Below, piece after piece: positions 28,112 through 35,475 of a stretch of DNA of 60,006 nucleotides (its first letter is position 1; each line of letters starts with the position of its first letter). A program made the translations under genes and the position numbers. The DNA lies in NCBI GenBank assembly GCA_049511095.1, contig JBEKYJ010000003.1, forward strand, positions 1 to 60,006, read 5' to 3'. Source of the stretch: Verrucomicrobiia bacterium. GTDB taxonomy: Bacteria; Verrucomicrobiota; Verrucomicrobiia; Palsa-1439. The notes below the pieces were generated by a model. It did not search any database and was not told the origin of the DNA. It saw nothing but the letters and a program-made list of their open reading frames with translations.

Positions 28112-31100
28112 ATGGCTGCGATGAAACCTGAAGAGAGTTGGCTGCGCGCTGACGACAAGGTGCGGAAGAACCTGCCGCCGGGCGTGAAACTCGTGCGCAC
28201 GCTACGGGGACATACGGGCTACATCGGGCGCATCGCGTGGTCGCCGGACGGGCGAATGTTGGCCTCGCCGTCGGAGGACAAGACGATCCGGCTGTGGGAT
28301 GCCGAGACGGGCGAGTGCCTGCGCATGCTGGAAGGACACGAGGACCAAGTCTATAGCGTCGCCTTTGATCCGACGGGCCGCACGCTGGCCAGCGGGAGTG
28401 GCGACAAAACGGTCAAGCTGTGGGAGCCGGCCAGCGGCAAACTGCGCCGCACGCTGAAAGGGCACCAGTCCGCGATTTGGAGCGTCGGCTTCGATCCGGC
28501 GGGCCGCACCTTGGCCAGCGGCGGTTCTGACGGGACGGTCAATCTTTGGGATCTGGCCTCTGGAGAAGTTCATCGCACCCTAGGACCACACCCTTCGTAT
28601 GTATCAAGCGTGGCCTTTGACAGACAGGGTTCCTTCCTAGTATGCGCGGTCGGCTTCGGTAGCCCAATGGTCAAGCTGTGGGAGACATCCAGTGGCAAAG
28701 TCCTTCACACCCTCACTGGGCACGAAGGCCAAGTAAATTCTGTCGCTATCGACAACGAGGGACTATCTGTAGCAAGTAGTGCCGGCGATAAGACGATCAA
28801 GTTGTGGGCAGCGGACACTGGACAGCTCATTCGCACTTTAGAAGGACACACGAATGATGTGAATTGCGTCGCATTTATTCGAGATGGGCAACTGTTGGCG
28901 AGCAAAGGCTGTGGCGGCGACAACACTGTGCGCCTCTGGCACAGCAAGAACGGCGTTTGCGTCGCCAAGATCTCGGAGCCAGCTGTGGGGCGAATCGTGC
29001 CTGGTCTTGCCTTCCACCCGCGCCTGCCACTTCTCGCCACGGCCGGTTCAGATCCCGGCACGCCGAGAGAACAGTGTGACCGCGTCATCCACATCTGGGA
29101 GCTGGACCTTGCCGTCCTGCTCGGCCGGGTGGCAGAGCCAACCGCCCACTACGTCAACGCCAAGGTGGTGTTGGTGGGCGACACAGGCGTGGGCAAGACT
29201 GGTCTAAGCCTGGTGTTGAACAGCCAACCCTACAAGGAAACCGACTCGACGGCGGGGCGGCACGTGTGGACGTTCGGTTCACAGGAAGTGAGTGTCGGAA
29301 GCAACGTCACGCAGACCCGCGAGACGCTGTTGTGGGATTTGGCCGGCCAGCCGGGCTACCGCGTCATCCACCAGTTGCACCTCAACGAAGTGGCTGTCGC
29401 GCTCGTGGTGTTCGATGCGCGCAGCGAGACCGATCCGCTGGCCGGCGTCCGGCACTGGGAGCGTGCCTTGCGCCTAGCGCAACAGCGTCAGGGGACCGCA
29501 GGCGTGCCCATGAAGAAGTTTCTGGTGTCCGCCCGCAACGACCGCGGCGGCGTGTCCATCGGTGAGGACCGCGTGCAGAAGATCCTCGATGAATTCGGCT
29601 TCGACGGTTACTTCAAGACCAGCGCCAAGGAAGGCTGGCAGGTCAAAGAATTACGGGCAGCCATTGAGCAGGCGGTCGCTTGGGAAAAGCTGCCGGAGGT
29701 TTCGTCTTCGCAATTGTTCGCCGACATCAAGTCGTTCCTGCTGGAGGTGAAGAAGACGGGACGGTTGCTGGCTCCTGCGGGCCAGCTTTACGACGACTTC
29801 GCCCGCCAGAATCCCGACACGGTGGTGAAAGTGGCGAACCTCCGGGACCAGTTCGTTACGTGCATCGGCCGGCTGGAAAACCGTGACCTGATCCGCCGCC
29901 TGACCTTCGGCGGCTATGTGCTGCTCCAACCGGAACTGTTGGACGCCTATGCCTCCGCGATGGTTAACACGGCGAAAGAGGAACCGGACGGCCTCGGTTC
30001 GCTGGCGGAAGAAGTCGCGCTCGCCGGCAAGTTCTTCGTGCCAAAGGAGCAGAAGATCACGGACGCCGGCCAAGAGCAGTTGCTGTTACACGCGACGGTG
30101 GAAGAACTGGTCCGGCACGACCTGGCGCTGCGGGAAAACGCGGATGACGGGCGCTACCTGGTCTTTCCATCGCAGTTCAACCGCGATTACGAAGACGCGC
30201 CCGAACCGAAAGGCAAGGCGGTGGCGCTGACCTTCGACGGGCCGGTCCAGAGCCTTTACTCGACGCTGGCGGTGCGGCTAGGTCACAGCGGATTGTTCGC
30301 GACCCGGCGGGTGGAGATGTGGCGAAATGCGGCGGTGTTCACCGCCAAAGCGGGTGGCAAGTGTGGACTGTTCCTGCACGAGTTCGCCGAGGGGCGCGGC
30401 CGCTTGATCCTCTTCTACGACAAACAGGCCAGCATTGAGACGCGCTTCCACTTCGAGGAATTTGTCATAGCCCACGCCAATCAGCGCGCGCTGGATGACA
30501 CGGTCGAACTTGTGCGCTTCTTCGTGTGTCCCGATTGTGGCGACCCGGTGCCCGACAGTTATGTGAAGCGACTCAGGGAAAAAGGAACAATGGAGTTCAA
30601 TTGTCCTTGCGGCGGAACCGTGTCACTGGCCGAGCCGAAGGAGCGGATTCACTTCAAATCGAAAGTTGAGGCGATGGAGAAATCCGCCGACCGACAGCGG
30701 GACTTCGATGCGTTCGTCCTGTCGGCCAAGGGGGAGACGAGGACGAGGAGCTTCCAAGACTGGGCCGGAGGCGAGCGGGTCACGCTGGCGATTGTGTTCA
30801 CCGATGTCGTCGGCTCGACGGCCCTGGGAGAGGAAATCAGGGATGAGGCCATGGACGCAGTCCGGCGGGCGCACTTTGCCCAAAGCCGGAAGCTGATCGG
30901 CCAGTTCAAGGGCCGGGAAATCAAGACCATTGGCGACAGCTTCATGGCGGCGTTCAGATCCGTGGATGCCGCTCTGGACTACGCTTTGGCGTTGCATGGG
31001 AATACCGGCCATCCGCAGGTGCAGATTCGCGCCGGCATTCATATCGGGCCGATGCAGGTGGAGGAAGGCGATGTGTTCGGCGGCACCGTGAACTTCGCCG

Positions 31101-31273
31101 CCCGCGTGGTTGGCGCCATTCAGGGTGCGGAAATCTGGCTGAGCGAGCGGGCGAAAGAAGACATTGATCGGCTCGGTGCCGCACAGCACAAAGGGTTGGG
31201 ATGGAAACAGCACGAGCGGGTCACCATGAAGGGCTTCCCCGGCACCTTCACTCTTTGGTCGTTGCGGAAGTAA
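28112..31273 (+). CDS. WD40 (7 blades) - Roc/Ras-like GTPase - COR-like - zinc ribbon - class III adenylate/guanylate cyclase multidomain protein
   Basis: Seven GH...D-K-T-[IV]-[KR]-LW blades (aa 25-335). GTPase motifs G1 GDTGVGKT, G3 WDLAGQ and SARND (aa 349-520). Zinc ribbon CPDCG...CPCGG (aa 806-834). Cyclase motifs FTDVVGST, KTIGDSFMAAF and GGTVNFAARV (aa 888-1050). Confidence 0.9.
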   Translation: MAAMKPEESWLRADDKVRKNLPPGVKLVRTLRGHTGYIGRIAWSPDGRMLASPSEDKTIRLWDAETGECLRMLEGHEDQVYSVAFDPTGRTLASGSGDKTVKLWEPASGKLRRTLKGHQSAIWSVGFDPAGRTLASGGSDGTVNLWDLASGEVHRTLGPHPSYVSSVAFDRQGSFLVCAVGFGSPMVKLWETSSGKVLHTLTGHEGQVNSVAIDNEGLSVASSAGDKTIKLWAADTGQLIRTLEGHTNDVNCVAFIRDGQLLASKGCGGDNTVRLWHSKNGVCVAKISEPAVGRIVPGLAFHPRLPLLATAGSDPGTPREQCDRVIHIWELDLAVLLGRVAEPTAHYVNAKVVLVGDTGVGKTGLSLVLNSQPYKETDSTAGRHVWTFGSQEVSVGSNVTQTRETLLWDLAGQPGYRVIHQLHLNEVAVALVVFDARSETDPLAGVRHWERALRLAQQRQGTAGVPMKKFLVSARNDRGGVSIGEDRVQKILDEFGFDGYFKTSAKEGWQVKELRAAIEQAVAWEKLPEVSSSQLFADIKSFLLEVKKTGRLLAPAGQLYDDFARQNPDTVVKVANLRDQFVTCIGRLENRDLIRRLTFGGYVLLQPELLDAYASAMVNTAKEEPDGLGSLAEEVALAGKFFVPKEQKITDAGQEQLLLHATVEELVRHDLALRENADDGRYLVFPSQFNRDYEDAPEPKGKAVALTFDGPVQSLYSTLAVRLGHSGLFATRRVEMWRNAAVFTAKAGGKCGLFLHEFAEGRGRLILFYDKQASIETRFHFEEFVIAHANQRALDDTVELVRFFVCPDCGDPVPDSYVKRLREKGTMEFNCPCGGTVSLAEPKERIHFKSKVEAMEKSADRQRDFDAFVLSAKGETRTRSFQDWAGGERVTLAIVFTDVVGSTALGEEIRDEAMDAVRRAHFAQSRKLIGQFKGREIKTIGDSFMAAFRSVDAALDYALALHGNTGHPQVQIRAGIHIGPMQVEEGDVFGGTVNFAARVVGAIQGAEIWLSERAKEDIDRLGAAQHKGLGWKQHERVTMKGFPGTFTLWSLRK

Positions 31274-31300
31274 GAAGGGAACGACCAATCGGAGACGGCG

Positions 31301-31332
31301 CGGAGCGGACGCCTCGGAGAGGCGTCCCTACC
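31301..31332. repeat. REP-like hairpin element, copy 1 (identical 32-mer)
   Basis: The sequence is cggagcGGACGCCTCggaGAGGCGTCCctacc: a 9-bp stem, 3-nt loop and CTACC tail. It is identical to 31469-31500. Confidence 0.85.
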
Positions 31333-31468
31333 AACGACAGGCAAAGGCAACGGCGGCAGGGCGTGTCGTCAGGCTCCGCTATCGGGAATTGATATTATTG
31401 CTGGACGGGGTGGGCCGGGGGTGGTATGATGGCGACAGTTGTTTGACAAACGTGTTGGGAGGAAGAAA

Positions 31469-31500
31469 CGGAGCGGACGCCTCGGAGAGGCGTCCCTACC
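31469..31500. repeat. REP-like hairpin element, copy 2 (identical 32-mer)
   Basis: Same 32 nt as 31301-31332. The flanks are also similar (acg.c...aagg). Confidence 0.85.
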
Positions 31501-31668
31501 GACGGCGAAGGAATGATGGTTGGCAAGGGGGTTTGCACTCGCTCGCGCCCGCTCGGCTTCGCACGCTACAACGGCCACTCGGATGGGCTGGGGATTGCCG
31601 CAGGAAAGGAGTTGCGGCGTCTCGAGGACTCGGCTTCCCACGCTACACCAACTTGCCGGTGAACACAG

Positions 31669-31695
31669 CACGGCTCGCAGAGCCGTGGCTACACC
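31669..31695. repeat. REP-like hairpin with CTACACC tail
   Basis: CACGGCT-cgcag-AGCCGTG followed by gCTACACC. Confidence 0.6.
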
Positions 31696-31715
31696 GAACA
31701 CGCCACACCGGGGAC

Positions 31716-31742
31716 GGCGCGGTGGGGCCACCGCGCCCTACC
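31716..31742. repeat. REP-like hairpin with CTACC tail
   Basis: GGCGCGGTGG-gg-CCACCGCGCC followed by CTACC. Confidence 0.7.
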
Positions 31743-31791
31743 TAAAGAGGCGTTGGCTGGGGAACTCTTTATAAGAATACGCTTTTTTACC

Positions 31792-31866
31792 AAACGAACC
31801 CAACTGAAAAATGCGTAAGCGTCGTAGCATGAAATGGTTAGGGAAAAATTGGAGTTGGGTTCGTTT
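31792..31866. repeat. 13-bp perfect inverted repeat (AAACGAACCCAAC / GTTGGGTTCGTTT) with a 49-nt spacer in an AT-rich spacer upstream of fba
   Basis: Read directly: arms at 31792-31804 and 31854-31866. Related GAACCC/GGGTTC motifs occur at 31939-31946 and 31993-32003. Confidence 0.7.
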
Positions 31867-32061
31867 TGCAAAAAAGACCCAAAAATCGACGAGAAAAGCG
31901 GTAAAAGAAGCACCGGAAGGACGATTTTTGACCGAAATGAACCCAAAGAACACGGCCTGAACCGGACCAAAATGAAGTTTGACGCACTTCGGGGGGTTCG
32001 TTAGTGTCGCTGTTGCGAGGATGTGCCCAGGATCGCGTCGTTTAACGAGGAGAATTCAGAC

Positions 32062-33018
32062 ATGATTGTCACCACCGCACAACTGTTCAAGATCGCCTAC
32101 GGCAAATACGCCCTCGGCGCTTATAACATCAATAATCTGGAGCAAACCGTCGGCCTGTTCAAAGGCAACGTCCAGAGCAAGGCGCCGTTCATCATCCAGC
32201 TCAGCCGGGGCGCGCGCAAATATACGGACAAGCGTTATTTGGAGGCGATGATCCGCACGTCCGAACAGGTGTTCCCCGAGGCGATTTTTGCCGTCCATCT
32301 CGATCACGGCGATGAGCAGACGTGCTACGACTGCATCGATTCCGGGTTTTACAGTTCGGTGATGATCGATGCCAGCCATGAGCCCTTCGAGAAGAACGCC
32401 GAAATCACCAAGCGCGTTGTGGACAAGGCGCACGCCCGCGGCGTGTCCGTCGAGGCGGAACTCGGCATGCTCGGCGGCGTTGAGGAAGACGTCGTCGGCA
32501 CCGTTTGCCTGACGAATCCTGACGAAGCGAAGAGATTTGTTGCGCTGACGAAATGTGATTCTCTGGCGGTGGCCATCGGCACGAGTCACGGCGCGTACAA
32601 GTTCAAGGCGGAGCCGGGCAAGAAGTTCGGGTTGCACTTTGAAGTCATTGAGGCGATCCAGAAGCTGTTGCCGGGCTATCCGATGGTCATGCACGGCAGC
32701 TCGAGCGTGCCCAAGGATGAAGTGGATCGCATCAACAAGGCCGGCGGCAAGATGCTGCAGACCAGCGGCGTTCCCGAGGAGGATTTCCTGCCCGCCGCGA
32801 AGATGGGGGTGTGCAAGGTCAATATCGATACCGATGGCCGCCTGGTATGGACGCGCGTCCATCGCGAGTTTTTCCGCGATCACCCTGACAAGTTTGACCT
32901 GCGCGATCCCGGCAAGATTTATATCGACGAGTACGCCAAGATGATGGCGCACAAGAATCGGGCGCTCGGTTCTGCCGGCCAACTCGACGACGTCCGCGCC
33001 AGGGTCGGCAAGAAGTAA
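32062..33018 (+). CDS. fba: class II fructose-bisphosphate aldolase
   Basis: SD GAGGAG before ATG 32062. AYNINNLEQ, FIIQLSRGA, VHLDHGD and full-length class II aldolase similarity. Confidence 0.95.
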   Translation: MIVTTAQLFKIAYGKYALGAYNINNLEQTVGLFKGNVQSKAPFIIQLSRGARKYTDKRYLEAMIRTSEQVFPEAIFAVHLDHGDEQTCYDCIDSGFYSSVMIDASHEPFEKNAEITKRVVDKAHARGVSVEAELGMLGGVEEDVVGTVCLTNPDEAKRFVALTKCDSLAVAIGTSHGAYKFKAEPGKKFGLHFEVIEAIQKLLPGYPMVMHGSSSVPKDEVDRINKAGGKMLQTSGVPEEDFLPAAKMGVCKVNIDTDGRLVWTRVHREFFRDHPDKFDLRDPGKIYIDEYAKMMAHKNRALGSAGQLDDVRARVGKK

Positions 33019-33025
33019 CGTGCGC

Positions 33026-34135
33026 CTAGCGTTCTTGTGACGCAGGAACCACTGTCAGCCGTTGGCCTTGCGGCTGCGGGGCCGCTGTCTGCTGAATCGA
33101 CGACGGGTTGAACTCCTCTTCCGGGGGGCGGTTGCCAACGACGACCAGGAGCTTTTGCTCCTGTCCGTTCCGAAGCACCGTGAACTCCACGGCATCACCG
33201 ACGCGGTGATAGAACATCGTATTGATAACGTCCGCCGAACGATGCACGCCATTGCTCGTAATGCTCACGAGAACATCGCCGTTGCAGAAACCGGCGGCGG
33301 ATGCCGGCGCATTCGAGTAAATCTGCTGAATGAAGACCTGCCACTGATTGGACTGCGTGGCGTTGATGGCCAGTTGCCGTTCAGAAACGGCGAGGCCGAC
33401 CCAGGTGTGCTGGGGTTGGCCGAATTGCAGAATATCCGCGCTGATCTTGCGCGCGGCGTTGATCGGCAGCGCACAGCATTGGTCGTCCATGTGCGCCGCC
33501 ACGGCAATGCCGACGACTTCGCCGCGCACATTCAGCAACGGGCCGCCTCCCTGTCCGGGCTTAAGCCGGCATTCGGCGCGGATGTGACTGGGGGCGAGAA
33601 AATGCCCGCTGCGTTGAATGTCCAATCCGCCGATAAAGCCCACCACGGGCGTGCTGGGCAAATCGTAGGGAAACCCGATGGCGATCACCATCGACCCGAC
33701 GCGCAGTTCATCGGAATTGCCCTGTGGCAGGAACGGCGTCGCGGTTCCGGTCTCGGGTTCGATCTTCAGCAGGGCCAGATTGGTTTGCGGGTCACGCCCG
33801 AGGATGCGGGCACTGATTTGCCGGCCGTGCCAATCGATCCAACAAGTGTCCGCGTCTTCCACCACGGTGGCGGCAGTCAGGATGTGCCCGTCCCGGTCGA
33901 TAAAAAAGCCGGTTCCGATACGGTACGACGGAATGAGCGAGACCCCGCCGACGTGGAATTGGCGCTGGGCGTGAATTTTGACAATTGCGTCCCTGGATTT
34001 CTCGTAAATCGACGAGACTTCCTGATCGATGGTTTCGAGCAGCCCGGCAGCGAAGACCGCCGTCGGGGTCGTCGCCACAAAGAGCGCGACCCACAAGGTG
34101 GCGCGCCGCCTAGAACTGGACGTTTGGAACGTCAT
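33026..34135 (-). CDS. HtrA/DegP-like trypsin-fold + PDZ protein with all three catalytic residues substituted (pseudoprotease)
   Basis: The S1C scaffold GTGFFIDRDGHILTAATVV / GRDPQTNLALLKI / KPGQGGGPLLN aligns to DegP GSGVII..YVVTNNHVV / GKDPRSDIALIQI / RGNSGGALVN. A PDZ domain follows. Signal peptide from ATG 34135 (MTFQTSSSRRRATLWVALFVATTPTAVFAAG). Confidence 0.85.
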   Translation of the reverse strand: MTFQTSSSRRRATLWVALFVATTPTAVFAAGLLETIDQEVSSIYEKSRDAIVKIHAQRQFHVGGVSLIPSYRIGTGFFIDRDGHILTAATVVEDADTCWIDWHGRQISARILGRDPQTNLALLKIEPETGTATPFLPQGNSDELRVGSMVIAIGFPYDLPSTPVVGFIGGLDIQRSGHFLAPSHIRAECRLKPGQGGGPLLNVRGEVVGIAVAAHMDDQCCALPINAARKISADILQFGQPQHTWVGLAVSERQLAINATQSNQWQVFIQQIYSNAPASAAGFCNGDVLVSITSNGVHRSADVINTMFYHRVGDAVEFTVLRNGQEQKLLVVVGNRPPEEEFNPSSIQQTAAPQPQGQRLTVVPASQER

Positions 34136-34757
34136 AACTGGCAGAGGCGACCGAGATGCGATCCAACACATAGCGAGGAGACGGGGAGTCCGCGTGCGTG
34201 GGAGCCGGCGTCAAGACAGCGCTGTCCGCCGCCGCAGGCTCGTAATCCGCGGGGGTCACCTGCAACAAGCTGGGGAGTGACGCGGCAAACGTACTCGGCG
34301 TGGAAGACCCCGTCTCCGCAAAGATCAACGACGGATTGGTTCCGGCCATTTGGCCGGCGACACTGGCCGGGTCATCCATCTGACGCACGCCCATCCACAT
34401 CAACCCCACAACGACTGCCACCCCCATCGCGCTGGCAAAACGGTAACGCCATACCCGCACTGATTCGACCGCCAAAAGTTCCTCGATATGCCCCAACGCC
34501 TGTTCCCACCGTCCCGTTCGTTGTGCTTCTGCCAAAACTCGGTGATGAAATTCCGAAAGAAAATTGTTGAAATACTCCGGCGCAGGCCGTTCGTACCGTT
34601 TCAGCGCCAGGAGCCGTTGCAGGCGAGCCGTGCGTTGTTCCTGCACCCGGCAATCCGTGCAATCCACCAGGTGCTGGCGCACCTCCGCCGCCGTCTCCGG
34701 TGCGAGCCGCTCCCGCGAGAGATCGTCGAACAATTCTTGTGCTTTCCTGCAATTCAT
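34110..34757 (-). CDS. anti-sigma factor (zf-HC2 type) with one transmembrane helix
   Basis: MNCRKAQELFDDLSRERL...HLVDCTDCRV zinc-finger anti-sigma motif. TM helix FASAMGVAVVVGLMWMGV. Sits directly downstream of the ECF sigma gene. Confidence 0.8.
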   Translation of the reverse strand: MNCRKAQELFDDLSRERLAPETAAEVRQHLVDCTDCRVQEQRTARLQRLLALKRYERPAPEYFNNFLSEFHHRVLAEAQRTGRWEQALGHIEELLAVESVRVWRYRFASAMGVAVVVGLMWMGVRQMDDPASVAGQMAGTNPSLIFAETGSSTPSTFAASLPSLLQVTPADYEPAAADSAVLTPAPTHADSPSPRYVLDRISVASASYDVPNVQF

Positions 34758-34766
34758 AAATGTGAC

Positions 34767-35234
34767 TCACAGATAATCGCTGAGCAATCCCTGCAACTGC
34801 TGCCGGGCGTAGAACAGCCGCGACCGGACGGTGCCTTCCGAGCACTTGATGACCTTCGCGATGTCCGCGTGCGTCATTCCCTGGATGTCATGCATGGTCA
34901 CAACCGCTCTATGGGGTTCAGACAGTTTTTGCAGGGATTCGTTCAATTTTTCGTGAAGCTCGATCAGGGCCACCTCGCGCCGCGGCGTGATATGCGACAT
35001 CATCTCGACGAGATCCGGATCGGTCTGGATGGAGCTGTCCAGATCGTCGAGGCTGTATTGGTTGCGGTTCTTGCGGCGCTTGACGAAGTTGATGGTGCGA
35101 TTAACCGCGATGCGATAGACCCACGTATAGAAACTCGATTGACCGCGAAAGCTGTTGAGGCTCTTGAAGGCTTTAATGAATGTATCCTGCACGAGGTCAT
35201 TGGCGTCCTCGTGGTTGGCCGTCATATGGTACAC
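34767..35234 (-). CDS. ECF (sigma-70 group IV) sigma factor; the conserved N-terminus upstream is cut by an in-frame TAG at 35262-35264
   Basis: Regions 2 and 4 are present (DLVQDTFIKAFKSLNSFRGQSSFYTWVYRIAVN; MTHADIAKVIKCSEGTVRSRLFYARQQL). The same frame upstream reads DDEVLVRRTQRGDSAAFDVLV-TAG-RYKERLYATVYHMT. Confidence 0.8.
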   Translation of the reverse strand: MYHMTANHEDANDLVQDTFIKAFKSLNSFRGQSSFYTWVYRIAVNRTINFVKRRKNRNQYSLDDLDSSIQTDPDLVEMMSHITPRREVALIELHEKLNESLQKLSEPHRAVVTMHDIQGMTHADIAKVIKCSEGTVRSRLFYARQQLQGLLSDYL

Positions 35235-35475
35235 CGTCGCGTACAGCCGTTCCTTGTAACGCTACACCAGGACATCGAATGCGGCGCTGTCACCTCTTTG
35301 GGTGCGACGCACGAGCACTTCGTCGTCTTCGTGCTGCAGGTCAATCTCGCACTCAGTCGTGGGCACTGAGGGGGGCGTGGATGCTTTCGTCCCACCCAAC
35401 AGTCTGCCGCCCAGTTTCAATGTTTCCTTCAGTTTCACAATGATGACGACCGTTGTCCCTAGAGCCAGTGACGGG

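Noticed and set aside
28041-28124. A 27-aa upstream ORF (MTPGTGDYEIIIDRNNFIDERFGIWLR) whose TGA overlaps the second ATG (28121) of the WD40-cyclase gene as ATGA.
   Set aside because: It is too short to support as a gene from sequence alone, and no SD or homologue is recognisable. It is kept only as a note on start-site uncertainty for the large gene.
31301-31500. Two identical 32-mers considered as a minimal CRISPR array.
   Set aside because: There are only two copies, 168 nt apart. No cas genes are present. The units are hairpins with the CTACC tail shared by other non-identical hairpins nearby, which fits REP-like elements.
1063-35264. Idea that the in-frame TAA (TetR) and TAG (ECF sigma) reflect stop-codon reassignment or an alternative genetic code.
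   Set aside because: Full-length conserved genes in the same window end at their expected C-termini with TAA (zwf, fba, WD40-cyclase), TAG (glyA, gabT) and TGA. All three are therefore functional stops here.
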